Part shown: one piece after another, positions 11,648-26,600 of the stretch | Numbering within the stretch: position 1 is the first letter of the stretch | Layout of the letters: each line of letters begins with the position of its first letter | DNA from: Fimbriosthenelais zetlandica | Lineage: Eukaryota | Assembly: GCA_977030845.1 (NCBI GenBank) | Contig: OZ365110.1 | Coordinates: forward strand, 45,012,001-45,076,000 | Length of the DNA stretch: 64,000 nt | Direction of reading: 5' to 3' | Notes under the pieces: generated by a model | What the model was told of the DNA's origin: nothing | The model's input: only the letters and a program-made list of their open reading frames with translations | The model's database searches: none | Program-made: the position numbers and the translations under genes

Positions 11648-14600
11648 GTAAGTTGAGCCAGGGATCGTGGATCCTCGCATGGTCTATAGGACTAGATCGC
11701 TCCACGTCACACTATGCATGGAGTGAATTGACTTAGAGATAAACATCATAGCATTAAGTCCATATAGACACACTAACCTTTGCCTTCTCATGCAGTATTG
11801 ATCACAAAATAACTCGATATTCGACTGCATTGTATGGAAGGATCCCAAGGTTTTTGTTTCCTTTGCTCTTCACTATCCCAGCATATATTATAAGGTTTTT
11901 CTCTGTGAATGTGAGGTGCATAATACATTATAGTCCCAGGTCTGCCACGTGTGGTGGTGCAAACAGTATATAGGCCACATCATGGCCAAAACAGTAACAC
12001 ACGGTTTACGCCCACTAAATCACACCCCCTGTTTACTGTTTTATAAGAGTGCCATTATAAACAAGCATGACATCCCTTGATTGGTATATGCTCTGGTTTA
12101 TGTATTGATATTGGAATGGTTCCAAGAATATGCCGCTCGGGTTGAAATTATTGCATATTCTCATGCGCATGCATTCACGCAATGATATATTTTGATATAT
12201 TATGCAGTATGTTGAAGTGCATTTTTATATATTATACTTCGATAGATTAGTTTCCCAGGTCCTAATATATTTGCCATTCGAAAGTCAGAATAATTTTACT
12301 CAAATGGACATATTAATATAAATTGAAAGGAATGCATATTATCTCACAATAACTATGAGAAGATGATCATGCAACCTTTGAAATACCTCTATATTATAGG
12401 CTAACAGCTTGTATGTCGCCAAACATTAAGGATATACTCTGCTCCTATAAATGACAGATGCAATTCGTGTCTCAAATAATTATCATCTAACATGTCCCTC
12501 AGGCCTATACACTCGTTGAGCTGATGGGCAAAATTTCCAAATATATGGATTTAGGGCATCAGATGACCCGGGACTCATTCAAAGCCAAAGGTCAGCGAGT
12601 TGGATAAATGTTCAGGTACCTGGTTGGAAAAACATTGAGTTTGGTAAATATGTCACACCTCACGCGTCATATCATCAGGCATATTTACCTCGCCCTCTTT
12701 TGCCAGTCCCTTAAGTATATATGTCAATATACATGAGATCTAATCAGAGTCATGCATCCTGGAAATGTTTTAAGGAGATATTATTTCGGAGCAGACATAA
12801 TTATATAGGTGAAATTTGATCAGATCAGATCTGATACATTAATTTACTGAATCTCTATTCAACTTGGAGATCAATTGCATCGGATCATAATATTTCTTTC
12901 TGACATGTTGCTAAATTTACCTTGCCTCGTCACCAATCACAAGGTACATGAGTTGACCCACTAAGATTATTATCGTAATCTTATGAACATGTACGTATTA
13001 ATATATATGTACAGCAATGGCATCATATGACTGCAAATAGTATAAATTAATAACCATGCACTGTCTTCAGCAAAAATGCTTCATTAAAACTCTCATTAAT
13101 ACTCCGTCAAATTGATCTTGAGAAATTTCCAGAAAATCCCTTGACTACAACTTTAAAACAGTGCAATAATAAAGGCCCTGAAGTATTAATGCTCGCCATC
13201 CAAGTATTTTAAAGGCGCGTATAGATACATATAGAAGATGTTGGCAACCGAGCACTCGGATATTGTTGGTTTAACATTTTTAACTCAAGAATACGGAGGC
13301 AATGTTCTTCTGCCCTCTTTTTCCCCGACCTTCAGTTAAGAAGAACACTGTGGGCCGTTTATACAGAAGGAAACATTTCCCTGCTCGTAACTTTCTTAAT
13401 CTGGTCAGCCGTTTCTCACTGGGGGGAACATTATCGTATACCTACAGTGGCTAACGCTTCTATATATGTCTCCTTCTCCAATGGTTCATCAGGTGGAGAG
13501 TGAAAAAGAGAAATGATAATCATTTCCGATGGCGTCAGCGATGAAACATTATCCCATTTGCAAAATGCTGACATTTCAAGGGCCGTGCTTCAGACAGTAT
13601 CGACCTTTTTGTCAATAATATTGAAAAAAATATTCATTATGTTTGCCCTGAGAGGAAGGCAGTTCTAGGGTAGCTTTCATGGGCGGGTTATGGCCGGAGC
13701 AAGCTGCTCCCTCTGGAGCTCCTGATATGATCCCAAATTGTGGGAAAAGTGAAAGGTTGGATCAGGCTGTAAAATGCTAGAGCACAGATTCATGTAGAGA
13801 CGTATGTATGTTGGCCATACCTTGTGTAATATATCAGCTCTGCAGTTCCTTTTCACTTTTACATACAACTTTCCATCAGGGATATCTGACCCGAGTAAGC
13901 TGCAACTACAGAAAGCGCCATGGGAACTGGCAACATATGTATGTCCCAGAAATGTCCCAGAATATTACATAAAATCTACACCTGTAGCATGAAAATAATT
14001 AGACTTCCAATCCTATTATACATTCTATAGGACTGATAGATATATGAGTTTATCTCATTTCTCTCAGGGTAAGGTGCATGTGGGACTTAGAAAAACTAAT
14101 TCGTCCCAGTGGAAGGGGATTTAGCATTAGCAAGGAATCCCAGAAGGAATGCAGCTTTGGGAAGATTAATTATCTTGGATGCTAAGAGCATGCAGGGCCA
14201 TGTATTTATAAATCTATCGTTGTCAGAGGGAGCTGTGTTACTTTGGTAACTTAGCATAATAGAAAGCCGCGTGGAGGGTATAGTAACTAGGTTAGTAACA
14301 TCACCAGCTTCTCCTCAACAACATGGCTTGTGTGTAGATATTGGAAATTCCCTACATAAACTCCAGTCTTGTGGACAGGGAACATTCTGAATACATCCTA
14401 CCCGCATGCAAAACATCGATGATATTGTCTACCTGGCCATTCACCCTTAATGTATGATAGTTCCCGATCAATTCGTTTGGCAGTAGTAAATATTTAGTGC
14501 ATATAAACTATTCTAAACACTGATAAAAAGCCAAACATGATTCAATATGCAGGTGCATTTACAGCCCTCGCGAAATTGACTCAGCAGTTAAGCAATTCGA

Positions 14601-17600
14601 CAGCTGGCCTAACTTGGGAAAGTGAAGTAGCCAATATCTATAGTATAACTGTCTTCAGTGATACTCATGGACTTTTAGTCATTAATATAGGGCTATAAAT
14701 CCATTTACAAATGTTCCTACCAAAGCCTACAACTATAGCGCTTAACTGATGCATAAATTTGAGCAGTCATCTAATTAATCAAATAAATTTTCTGGAATTT
14801 TCTGAAAAAAAAACTTTCTGTATGAGGGAGAGCCTTCGGTAGCTCCTTTATTATGATGACATTGTGGTTTCAAGTGTGAACATGATCCAGCATCACAGAG
14901 AGCTGACTTTGTTTGTATCTACCTGTCAGTCAGAGTACATGTAGTTCACACTGTGGACAGTTACGTCCCAGGATAAAAGTACCATATCTAGGTTAACATG
15001 AATGTCATAACATGTGATGGAATGTCACATATTTCATGAGACTGGACCAGTTGGAATTATGCCTTTTGTTTTTTGTCTCTTATAGGGGTATCTCCCTCTC
15101 TCTTCCGTCACAAATTTTAAATGTTATGAACAGGCCCATTTCTTTTTTTACTATTTTGTAACCTAAATTACTAAATCTAGGTGCTGTTAAATACACGGGT
15201 CAGGAGGCAGGAGGAAGACCGGACATTGTCCGAGACTGTCTGGGGTTCTTTAATATTTTTGTGAACTTCTGTTATTTTTCAATATCCATGTAAAATATTT
15301 ATACCCATCCTGATATATATTGTTAAAAAAAGGGTACCTTTTATTGAAAAGAAAGAAAGGGGAAATGAACCATTAATCCTATGAATAATGGCAAATGAAA
15401 CGATATAACAGGCTTACATTATATAGAACAATATAGGTGCCATTCCATCAGATGTGAACGCATTTAAATATCCATTTTGCGCATGACCTTGCGGTATCCT
15501 CTGAATTATGGGATACCTGTCAGATGCAGCTGCGTGTGTCGTTGCTCATTGATCTCAAACAATGGTTCATGAAGCTTTTTAATGACCATCGATTAATAAT
15601 TAGTATTTGATGACCGGTGCTTGACCCCCAGCTGCACCAGGCTAGCGGTGATCAAAGTATCAATCATTAGAAGTAATATAAAGTGTTTAACCCGTGAATT
15701 CCAATTAATTTGCTATTAGGCTATGTGATTAGGACAGGGAATAATGTTTGTCCGGATGACATTTTGAAGTGAAAATGGGGACGCAGGTACAGTGCTGCTG
15801 TTTTTGTAAAGCCTATTGCATTAACATGCATTGTTTTAAGAATCATTTGTTTCACCAACAAAAGTAAATGTTACCGTAATAAAGGGCTCATTTTCATTTT
15901 AAAATTATTTAAATGAATTGGACTGTCTTGAGAAATCTGCATTTGTCGCAGAGCTGAAGTATCTCATTCAGGGAACAGATGGCAGCCACTCAAATGCCTT
16001 TGCTGTTTTTATAGGCTTTGTTTGTGAAGACTTGGAGATGATCCTTAGAGAGTTTGCCCAACTAAAGCATGACCTCTCTTGATAGTAGACATCGTCTGCC
16101 TTCTGGGACTCATGATTCGCACCTCCAACTGGGGGAGAGGTTTCCTGCATTCTCTACAGAAATACCTCCCCAGAGTGGTGTGTTTGTTTAGATAGCGTAG
16201 AAGGCCTCAATATAAACCTCACCTTGTATACTCCTCGACATACAATGAGAGAAGGAAACAAATCATCTGTATGCCAGCCACGTCCAGCAAGCCAACCGGA
16301 AGTGTTGAGCTCCAGCGCAGGCGCCTTAAAGAGTGTGTTTTATGACTCGAACGTTTGGGACCAGCACAATGCTAGGTTTAAAAGTCCCCTAGCTCTAAAT
16401 GCCCTTCTTGGCATAGTTAACTGCTCTCGCTATTTTCTTATGATTTCGCCTGGAAGAATTGTATTCCCTACGTGGAAGGTTTTGCTTTGATTGCTCCCGA
16501 TGTGGTTAAGCGTACGCTATCATGAACGGAAGAACAAAGCAGCCATGCAAACATAATGTCTCCTTGTTTGGCAGGGAATGTCACCAATATACCTTCCTCC
16601 TGTAGAGATTCAGATGCTTCCTCGGCAAAGCACCCAGAACTGTGGGAAAACTAGAAACAGGAAAAAGCTGTCTGATATTCATGCCAAGAAAATAGAGAGT
16701 ATACATGGAGTTGGGTCAATAGAACCTCAACCTTCCCCTACACACTCACAACGCAATCCAGATTTGGCCCTTTATCTACTACACAATAAAACAGTTTCAC
16801 TTGGAACCACCAGGACTTTCCTTCCCCTGGAGGGCTTGCCCTTCATGTCGCACCCTGGAGGGCACTCTATTGCCGGGTCTGCCCATCTAAAGACCTCAAC
16901 AAATACTGTGTTTGTATTTCCGCCAATTCTCTGCTCTGTTTAGCTTTTCGGTTCCCCAACGCAATTCAGTCAATCGAGCTCCAGACAGACCTCGATATTC
17001 CACGGCCCAGCTGGCAGAACCACCATGTTTCCCCTTTATGGTCAAAAGTCATTCTCATAAAGGTGTCAGTTTCTAGAATGAGTGGTATGTATTTCCTATA
17101 GGGGGAATCAACGTGGATTCATTTTATCAGAAAAGCCTGTGAAAAACAGCACACCCATTCAAACCCCTCTCAACCCAATTTTTCCAAAAGCAATAAACAA
17201 TGGGCTTGATTGCTGGACGTATGGGCTCAAATTTTGTGGCCTTCATTGTCCAACCCACTTTTTGCTCTTAATTTTCTTTCTGAAATGCGTTTTTTGGGAG
17301 GCCATGAGGGCCTGCTATATACGATTTATTTATACATATTCTCAATGGAAAAATATGTTCCCCGAACAATTCCTCTAGCAATGTGATTTGATACTGGTAT
17401 CTTTATGACATGCAACACAAATCAGACGGTTATTGAATGTATATGTCATATATAGGATGACCAGCAAATAGAGATATCAGAGTACATCCTCACTGGGGCA
17501 TACCTAGGCCCTATCTCCTTATTGAAAGAGCACACGATAGAGCCTAGCCATGAAATAACAACCTTGACATGAGCCCAAGCCTTTATCATCTCAATGACTA

Positions 17601-20600
17601 TATGTTGGGTTAACCTGGAAGAAGGAAAACAATGAGAAGTTGCTTGCCTATAGACAAGAATGACAGAGAAGCGTGTCATATAGCAGGGGGAAGATATTTA
17701 TAAAGCTCTCTGGGAATTCCAGGCCTGTTTTCTTCTTATGGCTAAATCAGGCCCTGTTTCCAGGAGGAGCCATATTTTGAACCTAGAAAATAGGATCTGA
17801 GCAAGCTCAGCTTTCACTGAGGCCTTTCTTGAGATAAATACTGTAGTTTAAAATTTCAAGCAATATTTTCATATCTGCTGCATACTCAGTTTAAGGTAGG
17901 TTATATACATTGTATTTCGATCACTTTCCGAACATCAAACAACTATTTTTCACGTCCTTTTAGATCAGCTCATTCCACAACCATGATAAATAGCTAACAG
18001 CATTAGATATTTCCCAGTACATGCATTATAAAGATTTCAAATGCATCTTTTAATCGACGGGAAATGTATGCACGTCAAATATAGACATGCAGGTCCACTT
18101 TGAAGTAGACGCAGGAACGCATGTTTTACGGGAGATCCTTGTGGCACTGACTTCAGCCTCTTTTTGCTGACATTAGCTGCGGAAGGACGTCCCAGGGAGG
18201 TCCCGTTTCCTTCCGTTCCTATCAGAAATGCAATTTGAAGCGAGCTTGAAACAAAGGTGCAGCTAATAATTCTTGCGAAATGAAATGCAGAGGCTCTGTT
18301 ATTAACATTCCGAATATTGCATATCTATATAGAACGATGTGCAGCATAATGCATACAAAATGAGGGTTCAGGTAAAATAATTTGATGGATAAAGTTCAGA
18401 TTATTGAAATTTCTTGCCATCATAAATGTATACATGTAGATATACAATCTAATGCAGTCATGAGGATTCCATACTTGAAGCTTTACAGATCATGGCGATC
18501 CTATAACCATATAACGTACCAATGTCATTAATCGTCAGCCCTCTCCATTTTCTGGAAGCATCATAGAGAAATTATACTCTGGACTTAGATGACATTAAGT
18601 AATACCCTCCAATATATGGAATGGTTATTCCGGGCAATGGCCCAGACTCGGCACATGAGAGGGAATTGTACATTACATCCTCCACCCCCACCCAGCCCCC
18701 TACATCATTTAGATGGACACCTTTATAGTTCGTGAATGAGGCATCAGGGGAACTGCTGACGCTCTGCCTGCAGCATGAGGACGGTTAAGAAGGCTCAGAA
18801 TGTTATAATAATTCACCTTCCACATTGGGTTCATGGCTGGCCTAGCCACCCTCCTACCATCAGTCTTTGACTTAATGTTTTTCTTGGTTTTCCCTGCCTG
18901 CTGTCGGCTGAAATCACAGCAGGTGAATGTCGAGGGTGGGTCAAAACTGAAGCTGAATGCACCTGTCAGTCTATCCCGCATTATTATCTTCAAATAAATA
19001 TCCTTCCTTGATGGGAGTACATTTCTGCTGCGCCCAGAAATAGGCATTAAACACTGCATGTTACATTTCGCACTGAAACGATTGCATATTCTATTTCCTT
19101 TTCATTCTGAATGTACATAACAATTATGTCGTTGAAGGAGGCTTGCTTTTGCGTGTATATGAAATAATTTCCATCCTGGTGCCTATTTATAAGTAGAGCT
19201 AATATCCCTGGGACACACCTTTTCATTCTTTAATCTCTCAATGGAAAGGTTCATGTACTTATCCACTCCCTCTAGATGCTTCCAAGTCAGAAGTGCCTTT
19301 GGTTATGAAAAGTGGCTTTTCGGGAGAAACATATTCATATAAAAGATTAATGGGATCTTTCTTCCAGTGGGTGGGCAAGCATTCACTCGGTCATAAGCCG
19401 ATCCCTTCTACATTAGCGACGTAAGTAGTATATAAGCAGTGCAGGGAAGTGGTCCATTGCCTCAGGATACTTCCTGTCTGCTTCGGTAAATTTCTCTTGG
19501 GAAATCGTTTCCCATAGCTCTCACTCACCTGATATGTGCGAATGCATTGTGTTTTGATCAGATAACATTTCAGATGGATATGGTTGTCTTAATGATACCA
19601 TAGATATTGATCACTAGATGTAAACATCCTCTATACCTCTCAGACTACTTATACATGCTCTTGAAGGTTGAAAGAAACAACAATGGCCTACGTTTAAGAA
19701 TCTTGAAAATCACCAAAAATGATAGATTTTCACTGAAGCTTCAAGTTATATTCTTAGGAAGCCAAAAGAGCGAAATGATCAGAAAGACCTCTCGAGGCGT
19801 TCAACTCTTTCACCGCTTTCCAATGGTTTCAAAGCCATTTTGCTGGGATTACTTTCACAGGTGACACACACTGACCCGACCGTGCAGCCATAAAGAATCG
19901 GAAATAGCTGTAATGGGCGATGAGAAAGTGTTGGAGGTGGATGGAAGGGGGAGCGAGGTGTGAGCCATGGGGAAATGCCCAGTAGCTCGGCCTCCTGGCC
20001 TCAATCGTTAAAGGTAGTTAATACGCATATGCTACAGTAATCCGGCCTAAGCTTTCCCGGGTCATTAAATGCCGCTCGTATTCCAGCCACGCTTGTTCAC
20101 CTGCCTCGAAAGCTTTAGTATCTGCATAATTATAGTTCCCTCATGTTTGGGGCTGACCGTGCAGATCTGGGCTAGCCTCATGAAACTCGTGTCCATATAT
20201 CAAGTCCACACCTAGTCATAACACCCCCAAAAGGGACTGGAAGCTAGAAAGCCATCCCCTCACTGTAAGATCTGCGAGATTTGGTTGAAGCCACAGGCTG
20301 TCTCTTTAAATAGTCAACATCTCTTCATCTCCTATGACATTTGTCGCACCAGGAACCTGTTAACTGCCCACTAACTGGTCCCCAGGCTACCATATATGAG
20401 ACCTGTCTATGTCTCTGAATGAGCCTTGTCCTGTATATGTATAGGCAAAAAGAGAAAGGCAGTGAATTCACACTGCTGCTTCTCCATGTCTTGTTTTGTG
20501 CCATTAGCTGGTATTGTATCACCCCAGGGTTAAGTTATCACCTAGGCTAATTTTGTCCTTCTTTGTAAATCTTTGTGAACGGCACATTGGGCTGATTTAC

Positions 20601-23600
20601 ACGACAAAGGTTAGTGATAGATTTGGCCTTGAATGTGGGTTACCTGCTATATTGGACTTGGAACAGCTTCCAGAATGATTCCTTATTCTGGATGCAGTCC
20701 AATACAATTATTATCCCACATCTCTAGGTAAATAAGTCGACAACCTATTTTAGAAAGATACATGTGGCCATATATAATCTCAGTTCTGAATCGAGACTGT
20801 TATCAAATAAATAAACTTGTGAAAATACATGTATGACGGACCAGCTTTTGCCAAAGAAACCTTTTGGTCAGGTCCATCTGAAAAACAAGCCTCAAAGCTG
20901 TCTTGTTATATGGAGGTTTGTGACCCTGTGACAGGTTTATCATGTTTTATGATTGCTTGGGCTGCTTATCTAAATAAACGTCTTTCTTCCGGGCCCCTTC
21001 CACATCCAAGACAATTACATAAACAAATATATCCAAGTGAGGATGCTGAAAAGTGTCCAAATGGTGCTGTATATGCATATTTGTATCGTTTGGATATTTT
21101 CCCTTTTCGCATTGCTCTTTGTTTTAGTTCCTAGCTTATTGCATATAGTGGAATCATTATGGTGGTTGATATTGGTGCTTGTGGACACACTTTATCTTAG
21201 CACTTCAATATTTCATTCAGAGGAAAAATGACTTCATGAATACTTCAATGCATGTCATGTCAATTGTCATTCTACTCAATATACTTTTTGAGTGATGTCT
21301 CAAGGATCATTTATTGGGACCGGAATATGTTCCTGGTTCCACTGCTATAGGTCTGCCTTTGACCTCAATGGTCCTTTACTGCCCTTGTCCCGGGCTATGT
21401 TGTCCCAATATATATAAGGAACCACGAGGACCAGACTCCCCCGGTGCTGTAGAGAGGAGGGGCACTTCTGCTCTGGTGCTAATCAATGAAGCTTAGTGCT
21501 TCCTCCTCGGTCACGGCCTAGATAATAATTGAATTGCTCATCCAGGGGAAGACCGAGGGCACCCCCACTTCCGGGCCCCATCGCAGGCCATCCCACGAAC
21601 CTCTATTACTCCTATTAAATGGAGGTCTCACTCTGCTTGACTCTTCAGGCTGAACGCACCTAGATTTATACCCCCGATGGTGATCCCTGATCCGGGACTG
21701 ATCAAAATGGGCAAAATTACAAAATTACTCAATGGACCGATATTCCATATAATGGTGTGGATTTGTAAAGAGCTTCTCACCAATGGTGAACTCTTGTATT
21801 GAGCAAGTGTGTAGATTGCCATCATGCTGCTTTGGAGGGTGTGACACCACTATATTGGGAAGTTAAGCTGGCCCTGTAATAGTGGGCGATAATGGGAGGC
21901 TTTTATGTGAGGGAAGTGTGTGATAGTCATCTATTGATTACCGGCATGGCACCTGGACTGATTGGCATGGGTTACTCTGTACAGAGCCTCAGCCAAGGCT
22001 TCATTCAAGACTAACGGACAGGTCTGCATCCGCTATGGCCTTTCCTATGGTGATGAATCTTCTTCACTGGTTCGTTATCATCTGTGCATGTGCACTTAAT
22101 TTGTAAGCATTCCCGGGAGTAGTATTGACGGCTGACTTGCATGACCAATGGCAACTTGACGATACCTGCCGATCTCAGAATGGGACGTTCATTTGTTAAA
22201 TGCATCTTAAAGGATGCAATAACCAATTCACCGTAGGACACGAGCTAGACTTGATAATATCATCACAAAAATCTACAGGTGCAAAAGATGCAGTAGGAAG
22301 GACATCATAGTTGATGGTAAACTATATTTACCTGGCTTTTTTGCCTGACATTTTCAGTAGAATGCATAAAATCATGAATTTTTTATTAGTCAAGAACCAT
22401 TTGCTCCTCTGACTAGCTTATCATACTCTTCTTTCATATACATGTACAATGATTCGGCCAAATCGCTCTCCTCTTTTTGCAGTGTTGTAGATTTCTTTCG
22501 ATTCCCATTATATTCAGACGCACTACATCCTGACGCCATTAGCATGTGCCCTTCATACAGGGAACCTTCCGAAAGGTCTTCCACATTGCAGCTGCCCTGA
22601 CCTGGTAAGCTTCCATTTGCTCCAGAACTGCTCTTAAAGGTCTCACTTAACCCCCAGCCCAGGTCCACCCTCTTCAGACTTGAATCATCTCCTAAGGGTC
22701 TTGCCTTACCCTCTTAGGGCATGGGGCAAACAATTATGCGACAAATGCCTCGAGGGTCTAGACTCTGAAGAATCGCAAAATTGTTCATTTCATATGTAGG
22801 CCTACTTCCTGATTTCTGATAGGGCAGATACAGAAAGCCAAAGTAACTGTGGTTCAGACAAATTGAAATTGTGTTCACAGTTTTATACCACGCAGTTCCT
22901 TACTAAAAGAAATCATTTATATCCATTTGTCACTGACAACTTGGTTTTACTCCAAACAATGAATTGGAATTCACATCAGGCATACGATGCCTTGAATAAG
23001 TCAGTGCATGAGCCTTAAGACAAAATGGACATTCCTCATCGTCCCCAACATCATAACAAATGAGATCCTTCTCCTCCCTCATTAATCCCTTCTTTCCGGT
23101 GATTCCATGATTAATGTTTTAGAATCGATTAAAAAAAGGTGGACTTGCTTGCATTCAATCAATCCCGCGTGAAATCCAGCCCTCTTTGGATCCCTCAATG
23201 AAAAGGGTTCATCCCAAGAAAGTTAATTTACACGCTGTGAAGCAGGCACTCAGTTATCAATCATTTCTTTCCGACACGTCTGTCTTGCCTGCCAACTACA
23301 GAACGCTACTTAAGTCTAGGTTCTGTTGATTTGCATCTTGCTATCTACATGTATAAGCCAACACACCAAGAGAGAGCTCCCCACCCTGACCATTCTCATA
23401 TGTGGTCAACATCCGCCTGCCCCATATGGAATTGTTGGCGTGAATGCCATCCATTGTTACAAACCAATTTTCCTGCCCCACATAAAAATTGTCCTGCATG
23501 GCGTATTCTCCTGCTATTTCTCTGTGATTGCCCTTGTGGTTATATGTTTCCAGTAGGTGAAAATAACCATATTTCATTTCACTGACCATCTTGGAGTACA

Positions 23601-26600
23601 CATGAATCATTTATAGCCTTGATTTTAATGCCATAAGTACACTGAGTGGAATGTATTTCTATATTGAAGGAAACTTGGTATAGCAGTTGCTCAAGTAATA
23701 GCACTTTTTAGCTGACAAATGAACGTCTCCCAGAGGCGTTGGAATGGCGGGGCTCCGATCCATCTGACAAATGTATAAAGCAAATGCCACCCTCTGCCTG
23801 GGCCACCCTTACATGAGGGGCTCCCTGAAGCAGCAAATAAATGTCATTTTAATGTGGGATTAGCAAGTGTAAGAAGACAGCTGAATCTCCAGCATTTAAG
23901 GTCAGGCGCCGAAGGGGGAGAGTAAATCAATTTCAGTGAGGAACCCCACTAAATCCAAGACAATGAATAAGAGATCAGGGTTACAACGATACAATCATAT
24001 TGAATCGCCCTTATCTGTCTTCGGCTTAGTGAAATATTGCTGGGATTGTCCAGGAGGAACCTTTATTGGAATTTTCCCTTGTTAATGGAGTTGTTGGGGG
24101 GAAAGTGTCTAAAAGCTAGCATTCCCTTATTGATTCTCTCTCTCCAATAAGCTAGCAATTGACCCGAAGAATTTCCCATAATCTGTTTTTTTTCTCCTTT
24201 TGATGTAATAGGTATTCTCATGCTGCGTGCACCAGTGGGATGCCTTTAGTGATGGCCTAGGGCTGATGATGCCAGTTCTATCTCATATCAGGCAGTCTAG
24301 CAAGACACCCTTCCGTGAAACACGGTTGGCACGCAGTGATGGCAAATGTGTACGAGTTTCCATATGGGGATCAGGAAAATGAGAGTTAGAGGTGCAGGCG
24401 TAGGTAAAATGGTTTGCCATTTCCAAGGTCAATGGACCTGGGAGGAACATCCTATCTGCTGATGAAGCTGTTGCTTCTTCTGAGAGGTTCCACTTCTTCC
24501 ACAGGCTTATCCCCTCTTTCGCTTCAGACTGCTCCCACTTTGTATATTTGTTATACATGCAACAGCCTCTGCCATGAGATTGGAACTTTATCAGATTGAG
24601 ATGTGCACATGGGAACTTGCAGGCAAGTAATTCCACTCAGACGGTTCGGTCATATCTCTGGAAATGGGAGAAGCCGATATTGGAATTAACTCCAGTGAAA
24701 GACCGTATCAATGAAAAACCAGATTTGTCATTAAAGAGTACAGGTTTCTATCCTGGAACCATGATTAGGTCTGTCCTACTTGGTTCTTGCTTTGGGATAA
24801 AAAGAAACAAAGCAACATAGGTCCTGATAGTGTCTGAAGCTAATTGCTGATCCATTCTGGCGATAGCCATGAGTCCTGAGTCTCGGAGAGTCATCAGGTG
24901 GTGTCCTTTGGCAGATTCCCCTTGCAAGGCATGCCGAGAGAAGCCAATGAAGAACATTACCATCAATCTAAGGTCAGCAGCAGCCGCCAAACCTGGCTTG
25001 GTCCTAACTAAGGCCTTCAGGAGCAACTGAAGGAAGCAGACAAGAGTAACTCGAGACTTGTTTGTGGCGATGAATCCACACGGCCAATTAAACAGGTGGC
25101 CTACACACTCAGACCAAAAAACATGAGGCCACAGTTAATTAGCTGGAAGAAATGGGCAAACCAGGAAAAGACCATCAAAGGGGAAGTCTCTAGTAGAAAG
25201 CAGCAAAGTGGTTTCGGTAAACAATTAAAGGACATTGTTGATCGAGTGTTTTTAGAAACCCCTTGATGTATATGTTCTCTACCACCATGGTATTGTCAGA
25301 GGATTCTCCTGTGCTGTGCCCTTAAATTGTTTAACTTTTCCTGTTGCTCTGTGAGAACAACAAATGTTGTAATTATGATTCGATGGCTTCTGTGAGGCTT
25401 TAGATTCCCAACCCCAGTGTTAATTGTGATGAATTGTTTTGTGAAAGTAATTTGCTGTAATCCGTCCCTCCGTGCGCATTGAATGAAGACAGGATGAGTG
25501 TTGACTCTCACAGGAACACTGCTCATCATAAGGCTATTATTTATTCCTCACACAATTTGCCCGTGTTCCTCTGCATACTTAAGTGCAGATCATGATGTAT
25601 TACTGCCAGACAACGACACGGTTCTGTAGGAATATAAAGGCTCGACTTAACACTATCATTTACGTCCCTGAAGCCTTGCATCACTGTGGTCCATTACCTT
25701 CCATTTCCTTTCCTTCGAGCATGATTCGGAAAAAAGAATAATGCATTATATTTATCAATCAGTTCAAGATCCAACAGCACAATGGGAATGATAACTCACT
25801 TTCTGTCTAGATGTTAAATGATGAGATATTTCCGGATAAGGGATTCATCTTCTGTCGTTGCATCTAACCACTTTAGAAAGGAATTAAAAGTACCGTTTCT
25901 CCACATTTTTCCAGCGAAGTAACTTTCTCTTGATGGCATGATCAGTTTGATGATCTTGAATGTCGATGATGGATGTTTCTACAAATATCTATCAACTCAG
26001 CAACAGGAGGCTATTCCATCCCTGCCTTGAGTATGATTAGATTCTAGAAAAGGGAAGTCCTTCAGTAGCAGGAGCTACGTGAAATATGTGTTTCGATTTA
26101 CATCTGACAGCCTCCAAAGCGATCGAGTTATAGCTATAGCATCTAATTTTTCCTTTCCTACATGTCTTATAACCCCCTTCTTTTTCCATTAAATTACCAT
26201 CTGCTTCTGGAATTGAGAAACGCATTATCCAATATAGTATCAAGAAACAAGATGTATTATTTAAAAGTATATTGCTTAGTAGGCTAGACACAGGTTCAAT
26301 AGTATCTCTGCTAGTGGGGTGTTGAATACAATCCCCAGTCTAGTCAAACATGACGACTCTGACTCACGGCTGTTATTTTCTGTTTTGTAGGTGTTGATAT
26401 GCCGCAACTACAGAGGCGATGTGGATATGAACATTATTGATAAGTTCCTGGGCCTGGTGACAGATCAGGAGGATACAGCTGACGTCACACCTACTATCAA
26501 CTATGGCACCTTTACATTCATCTACATCAAACACAGAGACCTCTACAGTATCCTTGTGGTCGTTAAAGATCAATGTTGAGTTGGGATTTTTTTTATCGCA

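Noticed and set aside
11283-11651. 122-aa ORF overlapping AP1M1 exon 1
   Set aside because: Out of frame with the mu1 start and non-ATG; a probable acceptor at 11528-11529 suggests most of it is intronic.
14200-14460. Possible Gypsy integrase Zn-finger remnant on the minus strand ([12 protein letters not shown]...LYPP)
   Set aside because: Too degenerate to support by eye.
16200-16620. Possible tyrosine-recombinase remnant on the minus strand (QSKTF, KTHSLRR)
   Set aside because: Only two short motifs across frames.
23150-23520. Possible DIRS-type RT remnant on the minus strand ([14 protein letters not shown])
   Set aside because: No YxDD motif visible; unverified.
19870-24000. GC-richer non-coding patches in AP1M1 intron 1 (about 19900-20100 and 23700-23950) as enhancers or nested exons
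   Set aside because: No spliceable reading frame found, and enhancer status needs conservation or chromatin data.
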